A stretch of 63,722 nt of DNA, filler included, from Candidatus Rokuibacteriota bacterium (lineage in GTDB: Bacteria; JAUVQV01; DATDCY01): the NCBI GenBank assembly GCA_031406795.1. It is 5 parts of 5 records of this genome, joined end to end, with 100 filler letters (N's around TTAATTAATTAA, not from the genome) between each part and the next. Parts side by side here need not be neighbours in the genome. Positions count along the whole stretch, not along the records: positions 1 to 27,493 come from JANOHV010000201.1; 4 more parts are not named here. One strand, given 5' to 3'. The stretch's first letter is position 1, and each line of letters starts with the position of its first letter. Below are positions 1 through 9,593 of the stretch, one piece after another. The translations under genes and the position numbers were made by a program. The notes beneath the pieces are model-generated. The model had not been told where the DNA came from, searched no databases, and saw nothing but the letters and a program-made list of their open reading frames with translations.

Positions 1-19
1 AGGGCGTCAACCGGCCGAG

Positions 20-1174
20 GTGACCCGCTCCCTGGAGCGGTACTGCCTGGTGTACCGCGACCCCGCATTCCCCATCCTGGCTGACCCGGCGTTCCGGGCC
101 GGGCGCACCTACGGTGTGGAGCAGATCCCCGTGGCTTTCGTCATGGAGTCGCACGGGGTGATTCTCGACCGGATCGAAGGGTACGACTTCGACGATGCCG
201 TCGTGATCGCGCGGAGGGTCGAGCAACTTCTGCGGCGGGAGCGGGGGTTCTTCTCCCCGGTGTTGCGCGAGTCGGGCATCACCGCGGCCGAGGAGCAGGA
301 GGCTGAGGCCCGGCTCGCCGCCGCCGTCGCTGCCCGCGCGAACCCTCCGGCGCCGCGGGCGCTCGGGGTGGGGGATCGCGCTCCGGAGGTCGAGTTCACC
401 GACCTCGCCGGCCGCGCGGGCCGCTGGGGCTGGTCCGGCGAGTCGGCGCCCCCCATGCGCATCGTGGCCTTCTTCGGCGGGCTCACGCTCGACTCCGTCG
501 CGGAGCTGAGCTGGCTCGACGCGCTCGCGCGTCGCGGGCGCGAGGCCGGGCTGGAGGTTCTGGCAGTGGAAGCCGGCGGCATGGAGGCGGCCGAATTGCA
601 GGCGGCCATGCAGAAGTACCGACGCTACAATCCGGATCCCGTCTTTCCGGTGTTCCCCGACCCCGGCGGGAATCTCGCTCGGGCGTTCGGTCCCTGGGAA
701 AAGCTGCCGCAGACCTACCTGCTGGGGGCGAACGGCACGGTCGTCTACCACGCCGAAGGCTACAGTGTCGGCGAGTCCGAAATCATGGCCGGCAAGGTCG
801 AGCGGGCCTTTCTGCTCGCGAGACGCCCGCTCCCCCTCGTGCGTTCGGACGGTCCCGCCGCGGCGCCGGTGGCCGTCGAGGAGGAGGCCCCGAGCATCCG
901 CAAGCGGCAGGACCTGGACGATCGCTACCGCTCGGCCATCGTGCAGGGGGATGCGGCGTTCATGGCCTGGGAGTTCGACCGCGCGCTGTCGCAGTACCAG
1001 GCGGCCCTCGGGGTGCAGCCGAAGGACTTGCACGCCCTGGTGCGCGCGGCCCAGATCTGCGAGCGCCGCGGCGAGCCCGCCCCGGCCCTCGAGTACTGGC
1101 AGCGCGTGCTCGCGGTGCGGCCGGATCACGCCGAGGCGACGAGCCGGGTCAGGGAGTTGCGGCAATCGCGCTGA
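20..1174 (+). CDS. Redoxin/AhpC-TSA-fold protein with C-terminal TPR repeats (probably 5'-partial)
   Basis: VGDRAPEVEFTDL...FPVFPDPGGNLARAFG...PQTYLLG thioredoxin-like scaffold; C-terminal TPR-like helices (ALSQYQAAL, ALEYWQRVLAVRPDHAEA). Confidence 0.6.
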   Translation: MTRSLERYCLVYRDPAFPILADPAFRAGRTYGVEQIPVAFVMESHGVILDRIEGYDFDDAVVIARRVEQLLRRERGFFSPVLRESGITAAEEQEAEARLAAAVAARANPPAPRALGVGDRAPEVEFTDLAGRAGRWGWSGESAPPMRIVAFFGGLTLDSVAELSWLDALARRGREAGLEVLAVEAGGMEAAELQAAMQKYRRYNPDPVFPVFPDPGGNLARAFGPWEKLPQTYLLGANGTVVYHAEGYSVGESEIMAGKVERAFLLARRPLPLVRSDGPAAAPVAVEEEAPSIRKRQDLDDRYRSAIVQGDAAFMAWEFDRALSQYQAALGVQPKDLHALVRAAQICERRGEPAPALEYWQRVLAVRPDHAEATSRVRELRQSR

Positions 1175-1231
1175 TGCCTGCTGTTCTGCTGGATCCGCGC
1201 GTACGCGCGGATCCAGGCCGACGTTGGCCGA

Positions 1232-1260
1232 TTGACAGCCCTTTGCGCTTGGAGTATTAC
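1232..1260 (+). promoter_or_regulatory. Putative sigma70 promoter
   Basis: TTGACA-17 bp-TATTAC upstream of GGAGG RBS and ATG at 1302. Confidence 0.5.
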
Positions 1261-1301
1261 CAAATCGTCAGGGTGGTCGAGCCAAACCAAAGGAGGTCTG
1301 C

Positions 1302-2078
1302 ATGAAGCTGTCCAAGTGCTCTGCGGTGTTGCTCCTCCCGGTGCTCATTGCCGGAGTTCTGCCGGCGTTTGCCGACGCGCCGGCGGTGAATGCGCCGCCG
1401 AAGTTCTTCGGAGAATTTTCCACGACGGTCGGCGGCTGGTCGGAGTACGCGGTGACCGAGACCGAGGGCGGCAAGAAATCGACGATGCGCAATTCCGTCG
1501 TCGGCAAGGAGGGCGACTCCTTCTGGTACGAGGTCGCCATTACCGAGGGGGGAGTTCGCAACATCATCAAGATGTCTCTCAAGGGTGACCCGAACAACCC
1601 CGAGAACATTCAGCGGCTCATCATGAAGAACGGCGACCAGCCCGCGCAGGAGATGCCGCGAGAGTTCGTCGTGATGGGCCGGCGCATGGCGACGAACATG
1701 TTTCAGACCCGCAGCGGCTCGACCGTGGTGAACCAGCCGAATCTCAATACCGAGGTGATGGGTAACGAGCAGGTGACCGTTCCGGCGGGAACGTACAGCG
1801 TGACGCGCAACCGCATTGTCGACGCCACGGGAAAAGTGCTCGCCAGGTACGATTTCAACAAGGATGTCCATCCGTTCGGCGTGGTGCGCTCGACAACCGA
1901 CAATGTCTCGATGGAGTTGCTGGCTTCAGGTACCGACGCTGTTTCCCTGATCACCGAGAAGCCGGAGATGATGAAGCGGCCGCCGGGGATGCCTGATGCG
2001 AATCCGCGCGGCACTCCCCCCGGCATGGAAGCGCCCGGGAGCGTTCCGCCCCCCGCGAGCGGCGGATACGGCCAGTAG
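1302..2078 (+). CDS. Exported hypothetical protein
   Basis: Strong RBS (AAGGAGG), N-terminal signal peptide (AFA-DA), Pro-rich tail, followed by terminator. Confidence 0.75.
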   Translation: MKLSKCSAVLLLPVLIAGVLPAFADAPAVNAPPKFFGEFSTTVGGWSEYAVTETEGGKKSTMRNSVVGKEGDSFWYEVAITEGGVRNIIKMSLKGDPNNPENIQRLIMKNGDQPAQEMPREFVVMGRRMATNMFQTRSGSTVVNQPNLNTEVMGNEQVTVPAGTYSVTRNRIVDATGKVLARYDFNKDVHPFGVVRSTTDNVSMELLASGTDAVSLITEKPEMMKRPPGMPDANPRGTPPGMEAPGSVPPPASGGYGQ

Positions 2079-2099
2079 GCACCCCCTGGAATTCGGACG

Positions 2100-2139
2100 A
2101 AGAGACCCTCCCGGCTGACTGCCGGGAGGGTCTCTTGTT
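2100..2139 (+). terminator. Rho-independent terminator hairpin
   Basis: AAGAGACCCTCCCGGC-TGACT-GCCGGGAGGGTCTCTT perfect stem followed by GTT. Confidence 0.75.
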
Positions 2140-2164
2140 AATGCCTAGGCGGGATGCTTGCACG

Positions 2165-2289
2165 GCCGGTCGCCGAGAAGGGTCCAGGTGCAAGGCGGGC
2201 GAGTCCTGAGGAGTGAGGCGTGCTCGTGCACGCCGCAGCGACGAAGGGCGAAGCCCAACGCCGCAGATGGGCCCTTCTCGGCGACCGGC
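2165..2289. repeat. Palindromic repeat family A, copy 1
   Basis: Terminal inverted repeats GCCGGTCGCCGAGAAGGG/CCCTTCTCGGCGACCGGC; core GCAAGGC...GAGGCGTGCTCGTGCACGCC...CAACGCCG shared with 11398, 11539, 53997, 55408. Confidence 0.85.
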
Positions 2290-4037
2290 TACGGGAGGAT
2301 CACCCGGTCGCCGGGATGCAGGTCGTGTCCCGCCCCAAATCCATTCAGACGCCGGAGTTCCTCCACCGGGGCGTCGAACTTGCGCGAGATCTGCCAGAGA
2401 TTGTCGCCCCGGCGCACCTCATAGGTCCGTCCGCCGCGCGCCGCGCGCGCGGTGCCGACCCCGGCGTTGGCCGACTCGCGCAGCGCAACGGTCTGGCCGA
2501 CATTCAGCACGGCGTCGGAGTTGAAATCATTCCACGCCAGCAGGTCCTGCAACGGAATGTTGAAGCGGCGGGCAATCGACCACGGGTTGTCGCCGGGGCG
2601 CACCCGGTAGGACTGCGGCAGCGTCGAGGAGACCATCACCCGCCCCGGGGCCCGTGGGATCGGGGCCTCCGCGAGACGCAATCCGGGGATGATCAATTCC
2701 TGTCCGGTCTTGAGGTCGCTGCCTTTCAGGCGGCTGGCCTCCCGGATGGCTTCCGAAGACGTCCCGAACCGCTGGGCGATCGAGAAAAGCGTGTCGCCCG
2801 GCGTGACGCGGTAGGTGCTCAGGCCCGCAGTGGTCCTTCCCGCCGGAACCTTTGCGAGACCCGCCACCAGCGCCTCCGTCTTCCCCGCCGGGATCTTCAA
2901 AGCGTACTTCCCCCCGGGGGGCACGGAGGTCTTGCGCAGCTCCGGATTGAGGTCCTGGATGGTGTCGACGCTGGTGCGACAGAGCGCGGCAACCAGGGAG
3001 AGCCGCGTCCCGCCGCCGACCTCCATGATCTCGGTCGGATCGAGCTGCTCATACTCCAGCTGGAAGCCGTAGCGTTCGGGGTCCTTCGCGATGATCAGCG
3101 CCGCGAAGTAGGCCGGCACGTAGTTGCGGGTCTCCCCCGGCAATTCGAGCGACCAGAAGTCGTTGGTCCCGGCTTTGGCTATCGCCCTCTGGACCCTGCC
3201 TCTGCCGGCGTTGTAGGCGGCGAATGCGAGGGGCCAGGAGCCGAACTCGTCGAAGAGGTCCCTGAGGTGACGCGCGGCGGCGCGCGTGGACTTCTCGGGG
3301 TCGCGGCGTTCGTCCAGCCAGTCCGTCCGGCGCAGTCCGTAGAGCTTGCCGGTCGAGGAGATAAACTGCCAGACCCCCATGGCCTTGGCGCTCGAATAGG
3401 CCTTCGGGTTGAAGCCGCTCTCGATCAGCGCGAGATAGTAGAGATCGGTCGGAATGCCGAGCTCCGCGAAGATCGGCTTCATCAGCGCCTCGAACTTGCG
3501 CGCGCGGATCAGGCCGGCCTCGAAGCCGCGGCGGCGGGTAGTCTGGAAGATCTCTACATAATCAAGCACTTTTGTGTTGAGATCCAGCGGGATGTCGTAC
3601 GCCGGCTCGGCGATCTTGATGGCTGGCTCCGCGGGGACGATGACGACGTGCTTTTCGACCTCCTTCAGGAGCTTGTCGTCGTCCGGACCGACGAGCACCG
3701 GGGCGGTCTCGACGCGCTCGGGGATAGCTTCGGTGGCAGCCGCCCCAGCATCCGGCGAAGCCGCGTTCGTCGGGACGGCGACCGGCCGTGTTGCCTCGGG
3801 CTGGGACTCAACCGCCGAATTCGACGGCGCAACCGGGATGTCGGGCTGGCCCTCGGCGGCGGCTGCCGCCGTGGCGGCGGTGTCGACCCCCTCGGAACGG
3901 GCGGGCACCGCATTGGCGAAAGTCTGCGCGGGCGCCTCCTCGGCCCCCCGGGCAGGCACGCCGACCAACACCAGCGCCACCACCATACCCGCGAGCAAGA
4001 GAGAGGTGCTGCCTCTCCGTCTTTTCGCATGCTTCAT
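2289..4037 (-). CDS. mltD: Membrane-bound lytic murein transglycosylase D-like protein (SLT + LysM repeats)
   Basis: [33 protein letters not shown] motifs; LysM repeats ([26 protein letters not shown]). Confidence 0.85.
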   Translation of the reverse strand: MKHAKRRRGSTSLLLAGMVVALVLVGVPARGAEEAPAQTFANAVPARSEGVDTAATAAAAAEGQPDIPVAPSNSAVESQPEATRPVAVPTNAASPDAGAAATEAIPERVETAPVLVGPDDDKLLKEVEKHVVIVPAEPAIKIAEPAYDIPLDLNTKVLDYVEIFQTTRRRGFEAGLIRARKFEALMKPIFAELGIPTDLYYLALIESGFNPKAYSSAKAMGVWQFISSTGKLYGLRRTDWLDERRDPEKSTRAAARHLRDLFDEFGSWPLAFAAYNAGRGRVQRAIAKAGTNDFWSLELPGETRNYVPAYFAALIIAKDPERYGFQLEYEQLDPTEIMEVGGGTRLSLVAALCRTSVDTIQDLNPELRKTSVPPGGKYALKIPAGKTEALVAGLAKVPAGRTTAGLSTYRVTPGDTLFSIAQRFGTSSEAIREASRLKGSDLKTGQELIIPGLRLAEAPIPRAPGRVMVSSTLPQSYRVRPGDNPWSIARRFNIPLQDLLAWNDFNSDAVLNVGQTVALRESANAGVGTARAARGGRTYEVRRGDNLWQISRKFDAPVEELRRLNGFGAGHDLHPGDRVILP

Positions 4038-4225
4038 GTTCGTTCCTCCTCGCTTCTGTCGGGAGCCGGGTCCTGCCGTCGGCCCTGCTCCCGTGCGTCG
4101 TCTGGTACAGGAAGATGAGGTCGAGGTGATACGGGATGAAGTTGTGGTCCTGGAATATCTGTCATGCTAACCTTCGTTGTCGGTGATGGCAAGCGTTTTT
4201 TCATTCTCCGGCTGAGGTGATTATA

Positions 4226-5128
4226 ATGACTGGCGGAAGGTCGGCGGACCTGGTCGGGGCCCACATCAGCACGGCCGGCGGCGTATCGCTGGCGTTCGAG
4301 CGTGGCGTCGATACCGGCTGCACGGTGATGCAGATCTTCACGAAGAACGCGACCCGGTGGAAGAGCGCCCCGCTCGCCCCCGAGGAGGTGGCCCGCTTTC
4401 GCTCGGAACAGGTCAGGACGGGGATCGCGCCGGTGGTCTCCCACGGCTCCTACCTGATCAATCTCGCCTCACCGGACCCGACGCTTCTGGAACGCTCGCG
4501 CCAGGCGTTCCTCGATGAACTTCGCCGGGCCGGCGCGCTGGGCCTGGCCTGCGTCATCATCCACCCCGGGGCGCACATGGGCGCCGGGGTCGAGGCCGGG
4601 CTGGCACGCGTCGCGGAGTCGCTCGACTGGATCGAGGAGCGGGTCGAGGACGGGGCGCCCAAGGTCTGCCTCGAGAATACCGCCGGCGCGGGGACGGTCC
4701 TGGCGGGGGACTTCGCGCACCTCGGCGCCATCTTCGGGCAGGTTCGAAACCGCGGCCGCCTCGGCGTCTGCCTCGACACCTGTCACGCCTCTGCAGCCGG
4801 GTACGATCTCGCGACGCCGGCCGCGTACCGCCGTTCGCTGTCGGAACTCGAGGCGGCGGTCGGGCCCGGCCGGGTCCTGGCGATCCATCTCAACGACGCC
4901 AAGGGCGAGCGGGGCAGCCGCCTCGACCGTCACGAACAGCTCGGGCAAGGCCGGATCGGCCTGGAGTGCTTTCGCCTCTTCATGAACGACCCGCGTTTCG
5001 CCAGGGTCCCGAAGATCATCGAAACCCCGAAGGAGCAGAACGGGCGTCAGATGGATCCGGTCAACCTCGAACTGCTCCGCAGACTTGTCGGCCGGAAGCG
5101 GGTCCCGCCCGCACTGGTTTCCCGCTAG
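4226..5128 (+). CDS. nfo: Endonuclease IV (AP endonuclease 2)
   Basis: GAHISTAGG, HGSYLINLAS, HPG, CLENTAG, CLDTCH, HLND, DRHE, IIETP metal-binding motifs. Confidence 0.95.
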   Translation: MTGGRSADLVGAHISTAGGVSLAFERGVDTGCTVMQIFTKNATRWKSAPLAPEEVARFRSEQVRTGIAPVVSHGSYLINLASPDPTLLERSRQAFLDELRRAGALGLACVIIHPGAHMGAGVEAGLARVAESLDWIEERVEDGAPKVCLENTAGAGTVLAGDFAHLGAIFGQVRNRGRLGVCLDTCHASAAGYDLATPAAYRRSLSELEAAVGPGRVLAIHLNDAKGERGSRLDRHEQLGQGRIGLECFRLFMNDPRFARVPKIIETPKEQNGRQMDPVNLELLRRLVGRKRVPPALVSR

Positions 5129-6114
5129 GTTCCTTCCGCCGCCGGGCGTTTCCTGCTGCGCGGGTGAGCGCTTTCGTAGACGCGGGTCAGCTGCTCGGTG
5201 TCCAGCCGCGTGTAGCGCGTCGTCGTCGAGAGGCTGCGGTGTCCGAGCATCTCCTGGATGGCGCGCAGATCGGCCCCTCCCGCCAGCAGGTGCGTGGCGA
5301 AACTGTGGCGCAACGCGTGCGGCGAGATCCGCCTCGGCCACCCCTGCCGCAAGGCGCGGGCGCCGAGCAGACGGTGGACGCTGCGCGAGGTCAGACGGCC
5401 GCCGTCGCGCACATTGAGGAAGATGGCCGCCTCCTCGCCGGCGTTGCCGCGACGCTCCCGCGCGAGGTAAGCCTGCACCGCCTCGACGGCCTTGCGGCCG
5501 ACCGGCACGATCCGCTCCTTGCGCCCCTTGCCGCGCACCCGCACCGAGCCCCCCGGCAGATCGAGGTCCTCGAGGTTGAGCCCGCTCAACTCGCTGACGC
5601 GCAGGCCGCTCGAATAGAGAAGTTCGAGCAGGGCGCGATCGCGCAGCGGGCTGCGCGGCGGGCCGCCCGGGGTTTCGAGCAGCCGCGCGGCCTCGTCGAC
5701 CGTGAGCACCGGCGGCAGCGACTTCGACTTCGCGGGCGCGCGGATCGGCCGCGCCGGGTTGCCCTGCAGCAGACCCTCCCGATTGAGGAAGCGGAAGAAG
5801 CTGCGCAGCGCGGCGAGCTTGCGGCCGAGCGAGGAGGTCTTGAGCCCCTGGGTGCTCAGCGCGCCAAGGAAGCCGCGGACGGTGCGCAGGGTGATCAGCG
5901 CCGGGTCGATCGTGGGAGGCGGTCTTCGGGCGGCCTCCGGGGCGGCCGGTTCCACACCGGCGCAGAACCGGGCGAACTGACCCAGGTCGGCGGTGTACGC
6001 CCTGATGGTCGCGGGAGAGAAGTTCTTCTCGACGCGCAGCCAGCTCAGGAAGGCGGCGACCGGGTCGGCGGCGGCGCCGGCCGCCGCCGCGCTGTCACTT
6101 GAGGATCCGTTCAA
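5125..6114 (-). CDS. xerC: Tyrosine recombinase XerC
   Basis: LYSSGLRVSEL, GKGRKERIVP, HALRHSFATHLL, LGH, TTTRY catalytic residues; start uncertain. Confidence 0.85.
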   Translation of the reverse strand: MNGSSSDSAAAAGAAADPVAAFLSWLRVEKNFSPATIRAYTADLGQFARFCAGVEPAAPEAARRPPPTIDPALITLRTVRGFLGALSTQGLKTSSLGRKLAALRSFFRFLNREGLLQGNPARPIRAPAKSKSLPPVLTVDEAARLLETPGGPPRSPLRDRALLELLYSSGLRVSELSGLNLEDLDLPGGSVRVRGKGRKERIVPVGRKAVEAVQAYLARERRGNAGEEAAIFLNVRDGGRLTSRSVHRLLGARALRQGWPRRISPHALRHSFATHLLAGGADLRAIQEMLGHRSLSTTTRYTRLDTEQLTRVYESAHPRSRKRPAAEGT

Positions 6115-6583
6115 TGTCGGCGAGGACTTTCGCGTTGTCCGGCATCCCCTCGATGACCAGCCGGATCACCCCCCGGGTGTCGATGAAGAACGCGATCCGC
6201 CCCGTTCCATACAGGGCCTGGATCTTGCCGCCCGGGTCGCTCACGAGCGGGAAGCTCAGCTTGAGGGATTCGGCGAAACGCTGGTGGGTCGCGACGTCGT
6301 CGGGGCTCACACCCAGGACCTGGGTGTTGAGGCGTTCGAAGGCTTGGATGTCCGCCTGGAACGCCGTCATCTCGGCCGTTCAGCCGCTGGTGAAGTCCTT
6401 GAAGTAGAACGCCAGCAGGACGTTCTTCTTCCCCCGGAAGTCCGCGAGCGCGATCTTTCCGGTCGAGGAGTCGGCCTCGAAGAGCGGGGCTGCCGCGCTG
6501 ACCTGCGCGGCCCGGGTGGGCAGCGCGGCGGCGCAGCCGACGATGAAGACTGCGGTGATCAGGAGTGCTGTCGGATAGATCAT
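6095..6583 (-). CDS. Peroxiredoxin (Bcp/AhpC-TSA), probable selenoprotein (in-frame TGA at 6380-6382)
   Basis: ORFs 6380..6583 and 6095..6370 share a frame; read-through gives AFYFKDFTSG-U-TAEM at the peroxidatic Cys position. Confidence 0.8.
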
Positions 6584-6740
6584 GGATTACCTCCCTGCGC
6601 TGTTGGGGCGCACCCCAGTTTGTAGTGCCGGCGAGCGGGCAAGTCAAGACGCGCGCGGCGGGTGGCACTCGGGGGACGAGCTCTGCGGTCGGGCTCTGGT
6701 AGAATCGCCCGCGGCTGTCCGGATCAGCAGGGGAGGGGAG

Positions 6741-7385
6741 ATGACTGCATTGAAACTCGTCGTCCTGGATTGCGACGGCGTCATGTTCGACTCGCGCGAG
6801 GCCAATCGGGCGTACTACGGTCACTTGCGCGAACGCTTCGGCCGCCCGCCGCTGACCGAGGACGAGGTGGCGTTCGTCCACGCGCACCCGGCGCCGGAAT
6901 CGGTGCCGTTTCTGTTCCGGGCGTGGCCGCAGGATGTCGACGGTGTCAACGACTACCGCCACACGCTCGACTACACGCCGTTCCTGCGGCAGATGGCAAT
7001 CGAGCCGGACCTGCGGGAGTTCCTCGAGACGGTGCGCCCGCCGCTGTTGACGGCGATCAGCACGAACCGCACGTCGACGATGGCGGCGGTGCTCGACACC
7101 TTCGACCTGCGCCGCCATTTCGACCTGGTGGTGACGGCGCTCGACGTGGAGCGTCCGAAGCCGCACCCCGAGGCGTTGCTTCGGATCATCTCCCGTTTCG
7201 GCGTGCTCCCTGAAGAGGGTGTCTTCGTCGGCGATACGCAGGTCGATGTCGATCACGCCGCGGCGGTCGGGATGCCGCTGATCGCGTTTCGCAGCCCAGA
7301 GCTGAAGGCCGCGTACCACGTCGCGAGCTTCGGCGAGGTGCTGAAGCTGCCGCCGTTCGCCGCGGTCCGCGGTCAGGCCGGGTAG
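6741..7385 (+). CDS. HAD-family phosphatase
   Basis: LDCDG motif I, KPHPE, VGDT..D motifs; RBS GGAGGGGAG. Confidence 0.85.
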   Translation: MTALKLVVLDCDGVMFDSREANRAYYGHLRERFGRPPLTEDEVAFVHAHPAPESVPFLFRAWPQDVDGVNDYRHTLDYTPFLRQMAIEPDLREFLETVRPPLLTAISTNRTSTMAAVLDTFDLRRHFDLVVTALDVERPKPHPEALLRIISRFGVLPEEGVFVGDTQVDVDHAAAVGMPLIAFRSPELKAAYHVASFGEVLKLPPFAAVRGQAG

Positions 7386-7888
7386 GTGCCGCTGATGTAG
7401 GCTTCGATCCGCCCGAGGCGCTCCTCCTGGTCCGCGAGCAGGGCCTTCACGAGGTCGCCGATGGAGACCATCCCGACCAGCAGTCCCTCGTCGACCACCG
7501 GCAGGTGCCGCAGGAAGCGTTCGGTCATCAGCGCCAGGCACTCGCCGACGGTCGTCGTGGTGGTCACGGTCACCGGCGGCGTCCCCATGATCTCCGCGAC
7601 GGTAGTCTCGTGGGAGTTCTTGCCGATCAGGATCACTTTGCGGGCGTAGTCACGTTCGCTGACGACCCCGACCACCCGCCCGCCCTCCATGACGATCAGG
7701 GCGCCGATGTTCCGTCTGGCCATCTCGCTGAGCGCGTCGTACACCGAACTCTTGGGCTCGATCGTGGAGACCTCGCGGGAGGCCTTTTGCTGGAGCACGA
7801 CTCGGATCGGGGTTACCCCCTTACCGGATTTCGGGAGGATCTCCGCGATATTGTCGAAATGCCCATTCTGCTTCCCTGCCTGTCCCAT
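7373..7888 (-). CDS. CBS-domain protein
   Basis: IGALIV..GVVSERDY and RHLPVVD..GMVSIGDLVK CBS pair. Confidence 0.85.
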   Translation of the reverse strand: MGQAGKQNGHFDNIAEILPKSGKGVTPIRVVLQQKASREVSTIEPKSSVYDALSEMARRNIGALIVMEGGRVVGVVSERDYARKVILIGKNSHETTVAEIMGTPPVTVTTTTTVGECLALMTERFLRHLPVVDEGLLVGMVSIGDLVKALLADQEERLGRIEAYISGTYPA

Positions 7889-8133
7889 GATCCACCTCCC
7901 CGCTTCCCTGGTTTCCCGACCCGATCTTTAAGGTAAAGATAACTCAAGGGGAAAAATGGGCAAGTGAAAAATTCACATGCCACCGGCACAGCATGTCGAA
8001 ATATTCATCTTCACCCCGGATTGCGCTGCAAGCCGAAAGAGACCGGTTGAATCGGGGATCATCATACCATGCAGTCACAAACATGCATGGTAATCTCCTT
8101 GACGGCGCCACCTGCCGACATTACCATACAGAC

Positions 8134-9177
8134 ATGGATCCGCATGGTAAGAATGTTCCCGCCCTTTTTCCCTTGCAGGTACGTACTGCCTATGCCCAGG
8201 TTCTGGAAAGGCTCCTGGACCTGGAAACGGGGGATCGGTTCGCCGCCCTGTCGTCCTTCAGCCTCCTGATAAAGGAGATCGGCGCGCGGAAGTATGCCTA
8301 CGCCCAGGGGCGGACTTCTGACGGCGTCAACCGGCAGATCTACCTCGGTCCCTTTGACCAGCACATGCAGGGGGTGATGGAGCGCTTCAGCCGGTCAAAG
8401 AAGGAGACCGCCTCCCAGCGGGAAGACATCGACGCCACTGCCATGATGCTGCGCGGCACCGAACTGCCCCGGCTTGACCCCGTGGAATGGCGGGTTCTCG
8501 CAGCCCTGGTAGCCGACGGGATCTTCCGCGTGGGTGGCGTGCTGGTGGGTACCGTCGCCTACCGCTGCATCGCCGGGCTGCTGGGAGTGAAACTGCCGTC
8601 GGCTTCGGCCATCACCGCCGATCTCGACATTGCGGGCCAAACCCTGCCCATAGCCGTTGTCCCCGAGGTGGTCCGCCCCGAAACCGCCCTCGGACGTCTG
8701 GAGATGGGATTCTCTCCGATGGCCGAGGCCGATCCCGCCTTGCACGGTTCGCGCTTCCAATCTCGCCGTGGGGAGTTCAAGGTCGAGTTTCTCACCCCGC
8801 TCGTCGGCCGGGACTACAGCAAGCGTGTGATGCTGCGGCAATTCGCTGTCCCCGCCATCCCCTTGCGGTTCCTCGACTACCTGATTGAAGGCCCGCAACC
8901 AGCACTGGCACTGGGCAGAAAAGCGTTGCTCGTGCGCGTACCGGCACCGGCTCGATTTGCTGTACACAAACTGATCGTCTCTCAGGAGCGCCGGGGCGTC
9001 CCCCTGAAGACGCAGAAGGACTTGGAACAATCGTACGATCTCCAAAGGGCACTCGCTGCTCTCGATCCCGAGGGGCTGGAAGAAGCGTTCAAGGATGCCC
9101 GGAACCGAGGCCCGGGCTGGGCGCGGCGGGTGGATGCCGGCATGCGGGCGATGACCAGAATCTTCGGTTCGCCATAA
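8134..9177 (+). CDS. GSU2403-like nucleotidyltransferase-fold protein
   Basis: LVGTVAY, TADLDI, LRFLDYLI, VPAPARFAVHKLIVSQER; start supported by TTGACG-17-TACCAT promoter 6 nt upstream. Confidence 0.65.
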   Translation: MDPHGKNVPALFPLQVRTAYAQVLERLLDLETGDRFAALSSFSLLIKEIGARKYAYAQGRTSDGVNRQIYLGPFDQHMQGVMERFSRSKKETASQREDIDATAMMLRGTELPRLDPVEWRVLAALVADGIFRVGGVLVGTVAYRCIAGLLGVKLPSASAITADLDIAGQTLPIAVVPEVVRPETALGRLEMGFSPMAEADPALHGSRFQSRRGEFKVEFLTPLVGRDYSKRVMLRQFAVPAIPLRFLDYLIEGPQPALALGRKALLVRVPAPARFAVHKLIVSQERRGVPLKTQKDLEQSYDLQRALAALDPEGLEEAFKDARNRGPGWARRVDAGMRAMTRIFGSP

Positions 9178-9188
9178 CAGAAGAACCG

Positions 9189-9410
9189 TCAGATTCCAGA
9201 GAGACCCTGACTGCGGCATGCGCGATTGGTGCGTCCTGCCGGGTCTTGGCGGTAGTAGGCGCTGAGAACGCGATAGAGCTCGGAGCTGTGCTTCTGCAGC
9301 GCCAGGGGGCGGTCGAAGAACTCCTCGGTCGCCACCGCGAAGAACTCGGCCTCGCTTGTCGCCCCGTAGGCGTCGAGGAAGGTCTTGTGCCCTTTCTCGG
9401 CGAGGCGGTG
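9189..9410 (-). pseudogene. C-terminal fragment of MtfA/M90 zinc peptidase
   Basis: LDAYGATSEAEFFAVATEEFFDRP...YYRQDP; N-terminal part incl. HExxH absent. Confidence 0.7.
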
Positions 9411-9593
9411 GTCGCGGAACCAGTGCAACATGGGATGGTAGTGTACGTCCCGATCGCAGGCATCACAACAACGCCGGGATGCGGGCGATGGGCAGGGTCT
9501 TCGGCCTACCACAACAGGAGTATCAGATTTATTGCGAAGACGGATCTGGAATATATCTCCAACACGCCACTGCCCATGCCGAAATATGTGTCT

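Noticed and set aside
2220..4118. Long antisense/overlapping ORFs (also 11261-12994, 17647-20367, 22686-24872, 48332-50983 etc.)
   Set aside because: Shadow ORFs typical of high-GC DNA opposite well-supported genes; no motifs
5125..6114. Tyrosine recombinase as prophage or integron integrase
   Set aside because: XerC-like sequence in a housekeeping context; no IntI-specific insertion or att sites seen
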